DNA of 64,000 nucleotides from a virus. Its lineage: Duplodnaviria; Caudoviricetes. Location: IMG/VR virus record IMGVR_UViG_3300010355_000588; one strand, 5' to 3'. The position numbers were made by a program, and so were the translations under genes. Positions 20,913 to 29,759 of the stretch are shown here, in pieces (within the stretch, counting starts at the first letter, position 1; every line of letters starts with the position of its first letter). Below the pieces are notes generated by a model. It was not told where the DNA came from. It worked only from the letters and a program-made list of their open reading frames with translations, and searched no databases.

Positions 20913-21095
20913 CTATTCTGTAAGATATTCAAGTGCTTCCAGATCTTCATCAAGAAACCATTCTTGAGCATTGAAATAAAGCTCGCCACATTTGTCACAA
21001 AAAAGAACAACCTCTCCTTTATAGCCAACTTTCTTTTCATCACGTTTCCAAACGTTTCCACACTCACATTTGATTTTTTCAGATTCGATTTTCAT
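20913..21095 (-). CDS. Small Zn-ribbon early protein
   Basis: MKIESEKIKCECG...CDKCG (60 aa) behind cassette copy 3; start re-assigned. Confidence 0.7.
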   Translation of the reverse strand: MKIESEKIKCECGNVWKRDEKKVGYKGEVVLFCDKCGELYFNAQEWFLDEDLEALEYLTE

Positions 21096-21101
21096 TTTTC
21101 G

Positions 21102-21158
21102 ATCTCCTTTAGTTATTTCAGTATAGTATATAATACAACAAGTATTCGGTTTTGTCAA
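21102..21158 (-). promoter_or_regulatory. Sigma70-type early promoter plus RBS cassette, copy 3
   Basis: Identical to 20293-20349. Confidence 0.85.
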
Positions 21159-21167
21159 CCCCCTAAA

Positions 21168-21175
21168 GATAAATA
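21168..21175 (+). promoter_or_regulatory. T4-like late promoter (GATAAATA)
   Basis: Variant of T4 TATAAATA upstream of the baseplate operon; the same motif precedes other virion operons. Confidence 0.65.
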
Positions 21176-21222
21176 ATTGTAAGCAATATCAATTTGATTC
21201 AATAACTTGGAGCAGGATCTAC

Positions 21223-21684
21223 ATGAAGAACACTTTTTATGATTACTTTATTCGCCTCCTAGAAAAGGAAGAAACTGGAGAACCGGACAAGGATGCTAAG
21301 GACGATAAAGGCAAAGAAAAGCCAGAGGCCCCTCCTGAAGAAGAAAAGACCCCAGAAGAACAGGAAGCTGAAGAGGTCGAAAAGAAGCTTAGAGAGCTAT
21401 CTGAAACTGGTTTTGCTAGATTCAAAGAAATCTTCGATAAGAAGTCTACGATTATCTTAGACAAGATCCGGAATGAAGGAATCGATCTAGTAATGAAGGA
21501 CTTCATAGACAAAGTATTCTTGCCAACCACTTCTACTGACGAGCAGCTATTCATCTCTCTAAGATATGACGAATTCATCGAGTTCATGATGGAACAATTC
21601 TCATCTGCAGCACTTGCTGTAGTAAAGAAACCAATGGCTAATAAGCCAGCCATGCTACAGACTACCAAGAAAGAATCCAAATAA
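21223..21684 (+). CDS. Acidic protein with a leader-like N-terminus, possible head/core protein
   Basis: MKNTFYDYFIRLLE followed by an E/K/P-rich linker. Confidence 0.55.
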   Translation: MKNTFYDYFIRLLEKEETGEPDKDAKDDKGKEKPEAPPEEEKTPEEQEAEEVEKKLRELSETGFARFKEIFDKKSTIILDKIRNEGIDLVMKDFIDKVFLPTTSTDEQLFISLRYDEFIEFMMEQFSSAALAVVKKPMANKPAMLQTTKKESK

Positions 21685-22112
21685 TGGGATCCTTCGTTTT
21701 AGATCTAAGCAACGAACTAAACCGTAGGTCTACTGTAAAGAACTGGGTCTTTAAAGATGTAGCGTCTGACTTTGAAGCATTGCCAAAGGACATAAAGGAC
21801 AATGTCGACCGAGCTGCCATCCAGGGTGGAATCCGCAACATGTTCTCCTGGCGGCGCGGCGAACGAATAATCAAGCCTGAATTTGGCAATACCCTGCTTC
21901 GGTTCGTCCACGAGCCAATAAACGATCTGAATGGAAAAGCCATAGCCAAAGAAATTCGCTACATGTTCGACCGTTGGGAGCCAAGGGTAAATATACTAAA
22001 GATAAACGTCTATGCTTTTCCAGAAGACAACATGTATCAAGTCGAGGTCTTTTACACCATACCAAAGCTGGACAACGAAACGCTGACTTTCAATTATACT
22101 ATAGCTAGGTAA
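21684..22112 (+). CDS. gp25: Baseplate wedge subunit, gp25-like
   Basis: AIQGGIRNMF...GERIIKPEFG...WEPRV motif. Confidence 0.92.
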   Translation: MGSFVLDLSNELNRRSTVKNWVFKDVASDFEALPKDIKDNVDRAAIQGGIRNMFSWRRGERIIKPEFGNTLLRFVHEPINDLNGKAIAKEIRYMFDRWEPRVNILKINVYAFPEDNMYQVEVFYTIPKLDNETLTFNYTIAR

Positions 22113-22118
22113 CTCAAC

Positions 22119-24062
22119 ATGTCCAACAATGTCAACGATTATCTAAGATGGAATGCTGACTCGGCTGTCGAGTTTATGACGATGAAGCTGATCGAGAGCG
22201 GAAAGTTCTCTGACCAACTATATCCAGACTCGAATCTAAGCATCATCATCGATACCTTCGCCCACCTCTACGAAGCGCTCATGTACAATCTAAACCATGG
22301 CGCGTCTGAGGCCATCTTTACTGACACCCAATATTATGAGAACATGAATAGATTGGTGAAGTTGCTTCGATACAATCCAAGGGGCTTTATCACCGCTTCT
22401 ACCATCTGTGACATTTCGCTCGATCCGAACAATCCTCTTTCTACCGGTGGTTCGATATCTTCGACAAGTTGGAGCATACCAAGATATGCTTCTATTCTCC
22501 TCAGTGGACAAGATTCTAAAGGCAATCCGATTCGCTATTCGTTTGTCCAAGACTATCGGTTTGTCGTCGAGAATGGAACAACAATCAGTTCGAACAACCA
22601 ACAGCCCATTCTATATAATGGCACTTGGAAATTCTACAACAAGACCCTGGTTTCTTCTGGACTTCCATATGAGACAATCGTAATGTCGGATATCAATCCC
22701 GATCTAACTACTATCGCATATCCATTCATCAATGTCTATGTCAAGAAAGCTACGACTGGCATCTTTGAAGAATATTTCTCGACCAACAATATCTACGATG
22801 CTGTAAAGACAGACAAGGTATTCGAGATCCGAATGAACGAAAACAAATACTATGAGCTAAAGTTCGGCGACGACATAAATGGAAGGAAGCTTGACCAAGG
22901 CGACGTCATTTATGTTCTATATCTCGAGACCAATGCAGCCGATGGACAGATAGCAGTCGGGGCTATCGATGGAGAAAAGAATACAACACTTTATGTCCAG
23001 GGTCTGAAGAACTCGTTCATTCTTACCTCTATCTTAGGCGACGAGTTCGACCAATATTCGTCTGAAGCTGAACTCCAGAACTTCTTGGATAAGCTTTCTT
23101 TCTACAACTATCAAGCTTCTACGTTCATCAATGACATTGAGACTGTCGACGAAATGAGAGAGAACGCTTCCAACTGGAACCGCTTCCGTGGACGGCTGAT
23201 AACCTCTGACGACTTCAGAAAATATCTGTTGACCACCAACGCGAAGAACAACGAGATCCACGACATATACGCCATGAACAACTGGGAATATCTATCTCAG
23301 TTCTACGGATGGCTATATCGCTTCAATAGAATCTCAGCTGACATTCGGTACTTTGGATATCCATATACCGATTCATGCGACTTCAACAATGTCTATATCT
23401 GGGCCAAGTCCTCGTCCAACGATGGATACAACATCTCAGATACCTCCAAGCGTCTCATCGAAGAACAATGCAATGATCTAAAACCACTGACATCAGAAAT
23501 TGTCATGGTGGATCCAATTCTAGTTAACTTCATACCATATGTCAACATCACAGAATTAGAAGCACAACGGGGCGGAGACTTCATTGGAGATGCTACCAAC
23601 AAATACTACAAGCCATCGTTTGAATTTCTAAACGAAATATCAGATAATAAGAATCACAAGATCCACATCGTCCGGGAAGTTAACTCACTTATATCTGCCG
23701 AGAGAATCCAACGTCGGGTCTACCAACTAATAAAGGATTTCTTCTCTGTATCGAACAACTCTCTTGGACAGAAAGTCGATATAGCTGATCTATATAGATC
23801 TATAATCAATATCGATGGTGTAAAGGAAGTAAAAACCAGATATGCCCCAGATAGAAATGACAAAAGTACATGGGTAGAATTCGATGGTCTATCCTTTGCC
23901 TGCTGGTCGCCTCTACTCGTTTTAGGCGACGACTTCCAGGTGGTCAATGGCGTAATAAAATTGAACAACTTCCAATTTCCATATCTATTCGACAGAGAAG
24001 GCCTATTCGAGCGAATCGTTGTCGACACAGAAAACTTCAAAATCAACCAGGTCGAATACTAA
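22119..24062 (+). CDS. gp6: Baseplate wedge subunit, gp6-like
   Basis: 647 aa, FSDQLYPDSNLS...FGDDINGRKL...RLITSDDF; follows gp25. Confidence 0.88.
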   Translation: MSNNVNDYLRWNADSAVEFMTMKLIESGKFSDQLYPDSNLSIIIDTFAHLYEALMYNLNHGASEAIFTDTQYYENMNRLVKLLRYNPRGFITASTICDISLDPNNPLSTGGSISSTSWSIPRYASILLSGQDSKGNPIRYSFVQDYRFVVENGTTISSNNQQPILYNGTWKFYNKTLVSSGLPYETIVMSDINPDLTTIAYPFINVYVKKATTGIFEEYFSTNNIYDAVKTDKVFEIRMNENKYYELKFGDDINGRKLDQGDVIYVLYLETNAADGQIAVGAIDGEKNTTLYVQGLKNSFILTSILGDEFDQYSSEAELQNFLDKLSFYNYQASTFINDIETVDEMRENASNWNRFRGRLITSDDFRKYLLTTNAKNNEIHDIYAMNNWEYLSQFYGWLYRFNRISADIRYFGYPYTDSCDFNNVYIWAKSSSNDGYNISDTSKRLIEEQCNDLKPLTSEIVMVDPILVNFIPYVNITELEAQRGGDFIGDATNKYYKPSFEFLNEISDNKNHKIHIVREVNSLISAERIQRRVYQLIKDFFSVSNNSLGQKVDIADLYRSIINIDGVKEVKTRYAPDRNDKSTWVEFDGLSFACWSPLLVLGDDFQVVNGVIKLNNFQFPYLFDREGLFERIVVDTENFKINQVEY

Positions 24063-24065
24063 TAA

Positions 24066-24992
24066 ATGACACCACTTGTTCAGCAGTACAATTATGACTT
24101 CGACATCGTTGGAGTCATAACCCAAGAGGTCTTTGACTCTACCGACGCATTTGCTACTACAGGCACCGTTGGTCTATGTCCTGCTTTATGCGCCGAAGCT
24201 GCCGGTCCAGTAGAATCCACTTTATCTGGAGTGGTTAGCGAATATGGAGTTGTCAAATCCATAGAAGACGTCAAAGAACAGATACAGTTCAATGGCTACA
24301 ACATGCTCCCTGAGAATCTATCAGCCAATACTATGAATTTGTTCGATAGATTCGAAGACAACAAAGCATATTTCAGAGAGCTTCGAGTCAAAAGTGGAAG
24401 CGAAAACCGCATCGCCATAGAAGAAGTGGATGCTGAATATCCAGAAGACTTCGATGGAGACAAAGCTAAATCGATTAGAATCGCCTTGGACGGCAGACGC
24501 ACCTTAGCAACCACTTTCAAGACACCCACTGGTAGATCTAGTGGAGGCGCTTTCAACTATCACAAAGACGTGCCAATGGTAGCATCAGCCTGGGAAACCT
24601 ATGGTTCGTTATATAATACTGTTGAGAAATATAGCACGTTGCTCGACGATGGATCTTGTGGAAGCGAATTATGGACAAATGGTAGATTGCTAATCCAACG
24701 AATAGATGTCTACATATCTACAGCATTTTCTGTGAATAGACGCATTTATTTTTGTACTGATAAAAATTTGTTATCTGGAACTTTTGACAAAATTCTTGGC
24801 TATTTCGATTCTGGCGTAGGAGTTACTGGTTGGAAATCGATAACTAATATGGAATCAATGCAGACTAATGGATATCAGTTGCTAACATATCCAAAAAAGA
24901 TCTATTGCGTTTATTCTGGATCTCAAACACTGGTTGGAAGATTCGAATATAAAGTATGGTATGACATATTAACCTATAGCAATAATAGTTAG
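24066..24992 (+). CDS. Baseplate-associated fibre protein
   Basis: 308 aa; shares the A....GLCP.L motif and a C-terminal beta domain with the next two genes. Confidence 0.55.
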   Translation: MTPLVQQYNYDFDIVGVITQEVFDSTDAFATTGTVGLCPALCAEAAGPVESTLSGVVSEYGVVKSIEDVKEQIQFNGYNMLPENLSANTMNLFDRFEDNKAYFRELRVKSGSENRIAIEEVDAEYPEDFDGDKAKSIRIALDGRRTLATTFKTPTGRSSGGAFNYHKDVPMVASAWETYGSLYNTVEKYSTLLDDGSCGSELWTNGRLLIQRIDVYISTAFSVNRRIYFCTDKNLLSGTFDKILGYFDSGVGVTGWKSITNMESMQTNGYQLLTYPKKIYCVYSGSQTLVGRFEYKVWYDILTYSNNS

Positions 24993-25000
24993 GCTTTCAA

Positions 25001-26803
25001 ATGATTTATCTTTCTGCAGATATAAACAATCCAATAATTGTCATAAGCCAACTTGCCAACGAAAAGCAATATGGTCTATGCCCAGTTCTTAGAACAAATA
25101 TCCGTGACCATTTAGAAGCTCCAGACATGTCTGCTTCAGTTGTCTGTGAAGAGGCGCTTAGTCTTGAGTTGGCTCAGATACCTATTCCATATGTTTCTGG
25201 TTGGAACTATGTTTCGTTGGCAGAAAACAGTGCCAATGTCTTCGAATATTCGCAGCCTCACAATGACTTCTTCTTCAAGGCAGTCCAATTGTCTGGAATG
25301 CTTTATGTCAATAAGACTCAGGAGGATATCTACGAAATATGCACGCCTCTTACCGGAGAACCTGCTGATAGAATAGAAATAACCACTGAAACTACTAATG
25401 GTGGATCGCTAAAAGAAAGCTTTATGGTCAAATGGGAAGACTTCTATAATAACTCGAATGAGGTTAGCTTCAACTTGCCTTCTAACCATATTATAATTGG
25501 CAAGATATTCGTCGAAGTCATCGAACCATTCTCATATCCACTTGATCCAGAAATCATGTGTAGTTCAGCAGGGTGCATCATCGATGACTACACTGCTAAA
25601 TATACTTCCTTCAAAATAAAAACCGATTCAGAAGACTTCGTCGAAACGTTCTTCTGCCCAAGTTCATCTGGCGAAATCAAAGGTATTCCATATGCAGCTA
25701 AGGCATTCTATCCAAATGGAGAGCAACTCAAAATCGTAAAGACAAGCAATACTATAGATACCGATGGACTATTTAAAATAACCATCCATTATGACAATAC
25801 CAACTACATGAACGAAAATGATAGAAGCTTAATTTGTTTTGGTGGTAGAAAAGATAGTTCGATATCGAATGAAATAGAAATATTGGATCTATATACCATA
25901 ACCGAATCGTTCATTAGACATAATCTAACGACCCAGCGAGCAGGCGGAGCTGCTCTAAAAGGCAAGAATGATAAAGAATATGCGATTATTGGCGGAGCAA
26001 CTTCTCTTGATTCAAATCAATATACGCTAACTGATAGAAGACAGATATTTTATGCTATAAGTGGAAGTATTAGCGCGAACAACGCATCACAATCAAATGG
26101 AAATAGATTGAATGCTGCAGCTGCCGATGGAAATACATATGGTTATATGATAGGTGGCTTTACTACATTTAAAGAAAGCACCACTATGTCTTTCATTATC
26201 TCAAATACAATAAGCAAATATGAGAGAATCTCAGCAAGCTTATCGTCTATTTCATCTACACATCGCGTTGCTGGTGCAGCTGGTTGCGCTGACTTTCCCA
26301 ATATGGAATATTGTTGGATATTTGGTGGAAGAACCGAGGCAACCGCTTCGACTGTTGAAGAATCACACTTTACAAATGGAATAAGCAGAATGGATTTTGC
26401 CACCGAAACTGTAGAATCTAATGTTGCTTATATGCTCAATTCGTGCGATGGGGTAGCCGTGATACAAGATATGACTAAATTCTGGATAATGGGTGGAAAT
26501 GACAAATATTCCAGTTCAGTAAGAACCCACGGTGCTCCTCTTAGTGAAGTGCAGACATTTGATCCAAATACTTCGGTCATCGCTCTAAAACATGGAGCGC
26601 CTCTATCCCAACCACGCGGATATATGGCAGCTAAAACTAATATTGAACGATCTGCTGCGTTCATAGCTGGTGGCGGAAACATAAGTACTAACGTGGACCA
26701 ACAATATAAGTGGATTGATAAGTTAGAACTAGATACCGACACTATCTGTATCCGTTATAGAAGTAGATTGACCGACGACAAATCTAACATCTGTGGAATC
26801 TAA
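25001..26803 (+). CDS. Fibre protein with a C-terminal Kelch-like beta-propeller
   Basis: Repeated hydrophobic-GG motifs (CFGG, IIGG, MIGG, IFGG, IMGG, IAGG). Confidence 0.7.
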   Translation: MIYLSADINNPIIVISQLANEKQYGLCPVLRTNIRDHLEAPDMSASVVCEEALSLELAQIPIPYVSGWNYVSLAENSANVFEYSQPHNDFFFKAVQLSGMLYVNKTQEDIYEICTPLTGEPADRIEITTETTNGGSLKESFMVKWEDFYNNSNEVSFNLPSNHIIIGKIFVEVIEPFSYPLDPEIMCSSAGCIIDDYTAKYTSFKIKTDSEDFVETFFCPSSSGEIKGIPYAAKAFYPNGEQLKIVKTSNTIDTDGLFKITIHYDNTNYMNENDRSLICFGGRKDSSISNEIEILDLYTITESFIRHNLTTQRAGGAALKGKNDKEYAIIGGATSLDSNQYTLTDRRQIFYAISGSISANNASQSNGNRLNAAAADGNTYGYMIGGFTTFKESTTMSFIISNTISKYERISASLSSISSTHRVAGAAGCADFPNMEYCWIFGGRTEATASTVEESHFTNGISRMDFATETVESNVAYMLNSCDGVAVIQDMTKFWIMGGNDKYSSSVRTHGAPLSEVQTFDPNTSVIALKHGAPLSQPRGYMAAKTNIERSAAFIAGGGNISTNVDQQYKWIDKLELDTDTICIRYRSRLTDDKSNICGI

Positions 26804-29478
26804 TGAAAGACAATAGTTATATCTCAATCTTCAATGTCACTTCCCAGAGCGTGGCTGACAAATATCTAGACGTCATAGTCAATCCATTATTTCCTGATCT
26901 TCCACAGATTCAGCCGAGAGATCTACGAGTATTCGTAGTAGGTGGACCCCAGCTCATATATGGCAGAGACTATATTCTAATAGAACCAAATAGAATCTCA
27001 TGGAACGAACTTCTACTAGATACTAGAATTGGCATCGATGCCCCTAAGAGAACTACGACTATAGATGAGCGGGATTTCTTGGCCATATTATGGACCGACA
27101 AGGGCACCTACAACATATCCAAATCAGAAACATTTACCATAACCGATCCAACCGTAGTTCGAAGTGTTGGATATCTTACCTTGGCCGACGCCCCAAGAGA
27201 TGCTGACGACATTCATATAGAAATCCAAGGATCCCAGAGCCATGCTATATATTATGCTGACTATGCTGGATCTAATCCATATGACGCTGACTACATGGTT
27301 GAAGAGGCTGATCCAAGAAAGATCTGGTTCAAAAACTTCAAGATGGGCGTCGAATTCGCCTATGATATTTGGAACCCAGGGATTGGCGACACCATAACTA
27401 TAACCTATGGTACCGACAAACTGTTCGGACGCAGAATTAGAGAGAACCATGATCTTACTGAAGAAATCGAACTGACTAATGGACGGATATATCTCAGGGA
27501 CAAAGTCAAACTCGAAGGATCAGTCCACGCAGTGGTCAAAGGTGGCGCTACTCAAATCCGCGAAATGGACTTTACCGTAGAGGATAATGAACTTATCTGG
27601 GCAGGCAAGCAATTAGAACGAGAATTGTTCACAGGTCTCCCGGACGGAGTTCTAGATCATCTCGAAGTTGTTTACCATACTGACATTGGTGGTCTTCCAG
27701 TCAAATCGATTCTAGAATATGCCAACGCTGAACGCCAGGGTCTATGTCCACGTCTCAGGAAATACGTGAGAGACATCGAATATGCTCAAGACTACGAAGT
27801 GCCATCTGAATTCGCCATCCGCGACAGGATCGAAAAGATCAATACCAACATAGACTACATAATTGGTCCTTCAGCTAATACTATAGATCCAACCTTCGTC
27901 GAGTTGGCTAAGCCCATAGGCATCTTCGGAGAAATTAGTTCTCAGACTGTCGAACTTTCAGCAATGAAGTTAGATCCAGACACTCAGCAATATACGAGAC
28001 TAGTTACTTGGCCAAAGTATGAGCAATCGGCATTTTTCAAGCCATTAGAAGTTTCTGGCGAGTTCCTGGCGATGGTTTCAGAACCTAGCGCCATTGTCAT
28101 TGTGGGCCTGGCTGAAGCAGACCTGGTTATCGATGATGTTTCTTTTGTCAAGAGCCAAATTCAAGGCGGGGTAAAACATCGGCAGATAGAAGTTCTCGAA
28201 TCTACAATATCTGCGTCTGGAATGCTATTGGCTGAATTTGAAGCAGGCGTTGTTCTGGGCAAAGTGACCATGTATATTGGACAGGAATTTCTCAGCGAAT
28301 CATCGATATATTCTATCGGAGTTTCTGGAAATACAGACTTTCTAGTGAAGCATTTTAGATTAGACGGAGATGTTGGATTCTTCAACAGGTTCGAACATGG
28401 CGACGACATAATCGAAATGGAATCGAAGCTTCTCAGAGAGACTTCTGCCATATATCTATTTCCGGTATCTGCCACCTCTCTCGGCGAAGGATCAGGCAGG
28501 GTGTTCATCGATATTTTCTATGACGAATATGTCTCTGAATATATGCAAGGCTTTGTGGTGGGTACGTCTGGCAATCCAACCACTAGACTGAACTTCGCTA
28601 CGGATGTGGCTCAGGTCAACTCTTCTACCACTGTCAATGAAGATCGTAGACACTTTGCAGCTGCTGCCGATGAGCGTAACAATATCTACATGAACAACTG
28701 TCTGAACAATGCTGACTTTATGGTGTTGAATCCAAATATCGATTTGTTATCTGAACTAGTTTCTGAACTGCCGGTAGCTGTCGATTATCCAACCTCTTGG
28801 AATTCAAGCACAAAGATGTGGTTTGCAGGTGGGTTGACAAGTGGCAATCCAATTTCTTATATTATGGCAGCCTCGTTTGCTGATGGAACCTTTGCCATAG
28901 AAGCTGAAATGGCCACCATCGAACCAACAGAGCTGACCTTTGACGAAGACGACGACGAATATTTGGACCCGCCTGGACTTGAAACGTTCGTCATATCTGG
29001 ATATTCGTTTGGATCAGCTAGAATAGATGCTTTAGAAAGAACCTATATCATTGGCGGAGCTATCTTCGACAACAACGACTTGTTAGCTGACTCGCAAAAA
29101 ATCCAAGCATATGACGAAACGACATATACTGCTTCTGAAACTTCTTATCAGCTGACAGAAGCCAAAAGATCAGTAAGAACCACTATAAAGAACAATGCTA
29201 TCTATATTCTAGGTGGAAGCGCCTCTAATACGAATACCGATACTGTAGAGAAGATCGATCTTGAAAATGGAACAATATCCATATATGGATCGATTCCATT
29301 CGCCATTCGAAGTGGTTGTCCATTGAAATATTCTACTGCTACTTATTATGCAGCAGGATGGCTCAATTCTATCGTAAGTAGGTCGGTGTTGAAGTTCGAA
29401 GAAGATTCGAATGTCTGGAGTCTTGCTGGAGCTGTTCTACCATATAAAGATGCTGATGGTGGATGGTCAGCTATTTAG
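26803..29478 (+). CDS. Fibre protein with N-terminal Ig-like repeats and a C-terminal Kelch-like propeller
   Basis: 891 aa; FAGG, IIGG and ILGG repeats; N-terminal repeats paralogous to 12516..16247. Confidence 0.7.
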   Translation: MKDNSYISIFNVTSQSVADKYLDVIVNPLFPDLPQIQPRDLRVFVVGGPQLIYGRDYILIEPNRISWNELLLDTRIGIDAPKRTTTIDERDFLAILWTDKGTYNISKSETFTITDPTVVRSVGYLTLADAPRDADDIHIEIQGSQSHAIYYADYAGSNPYDADYMVEEADPRKIWFKNFKMGVEFAYDIWNPGIGDTITITYGTDKLFGRRIRENHDLTEEIELTNGRIYLRDKVKLEGSVHAVVKGGATQIREMDFTVEDNELIWAGKQLERELFTGLPDGVLDHLEVVYHTDIGGLPVKSILEYANAERQGLCPRLRKYVRDIEYAQDYEVPSEFAIRDRIEKINTNIDYIIGPSANTIDPTFVELAKPIGIFGEISSQTVELSAMKLDPDTQQYTRLVTWPKYEQSAFFKPLEVSGEFLAMVSEPSAIVIVGLAEADLVIDDVSFVKSQIQGGVKHRQIEVLESTISASGMLLAEFEAGVVLGKVTMYIGQEFLSESSIYSIGVSGNTDFLVKHFRLDGDVGFFNRFEHGDDIIEMESKLLRETSAIYLFPVSATSLGEGSGRVFIDIFYDEYVSEYMQGFVVGTSGNPTTRLNFATDVAQVNSSTTVNEDRRHFAAAADERNNIYMNNCLNNADFMVLNPNIDLLSELVSELPVAVDYPTSWNSSTKMWFAGGLTSGNPISYIMAASFADGTFAIEAEMATIEPTELTFDEDDDEYLDPPGLETFVISGYSFGSARIDALERTYIIGGAIFDNNDLLADSQKIQAYDETTYTASETSYQLTEAKRSVRTTIKNNAIYILGGSASNTNTDTVEKIDLENGTISIYGSIPFAIRSGCPLKYSTATYYAAGWLNSIVSRSVLKFEEDSNVWSLAGAVLPYKDADGGWSAI

Positions 29479-29759
29479 TCGCTAAAGACCAAAGTATCTC
29501 CGACAACCACTGTATGGCCACATCTTGCTTTATCGCCTTGTCTACACACGCCTTTGCCATTGATGAATAGCAATGTAGAGGCTTCTACCATTTTAGTTAG
29601 GCCATGTATTGGATTTTCAGGAAATGGCGGATGCGGAGCTACTTTCTCTCCTTGAATAGCTATCTCAAAGCCATTAGTAAATACCATTGTCTGAAGTGGA
29701 TTTCCAACGAACCCAATGGCGTCGACAAAATCTAAATTATCCCTGGCTACCCCTTTCAT
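29475..29759 (-). CDS. PAAR-type spike tip protein (gp5.4-like)
   Basis: VFTNG..IA..G...H...H...INGKGVCRQGD...CGH, directly after gp5. Confidence 0.9.
   Translation of the reverse strand: MKGVARDNLDFVDAIGFVGNPLQTMVFTNGFEIAIQGEKVAPHPPFPENPIHGLTKMVEASTLLFINGKGVCRQGDKARCGHTVVVGDTLVFSD

Noticed and set aside
17076-21158. CRISPR array or attachment sites from the repeated 57-bp element
   Set aside because: The copies are 0.8-3.2 kb apart, separated by genes, and are fully explained as promoter plus RBS.
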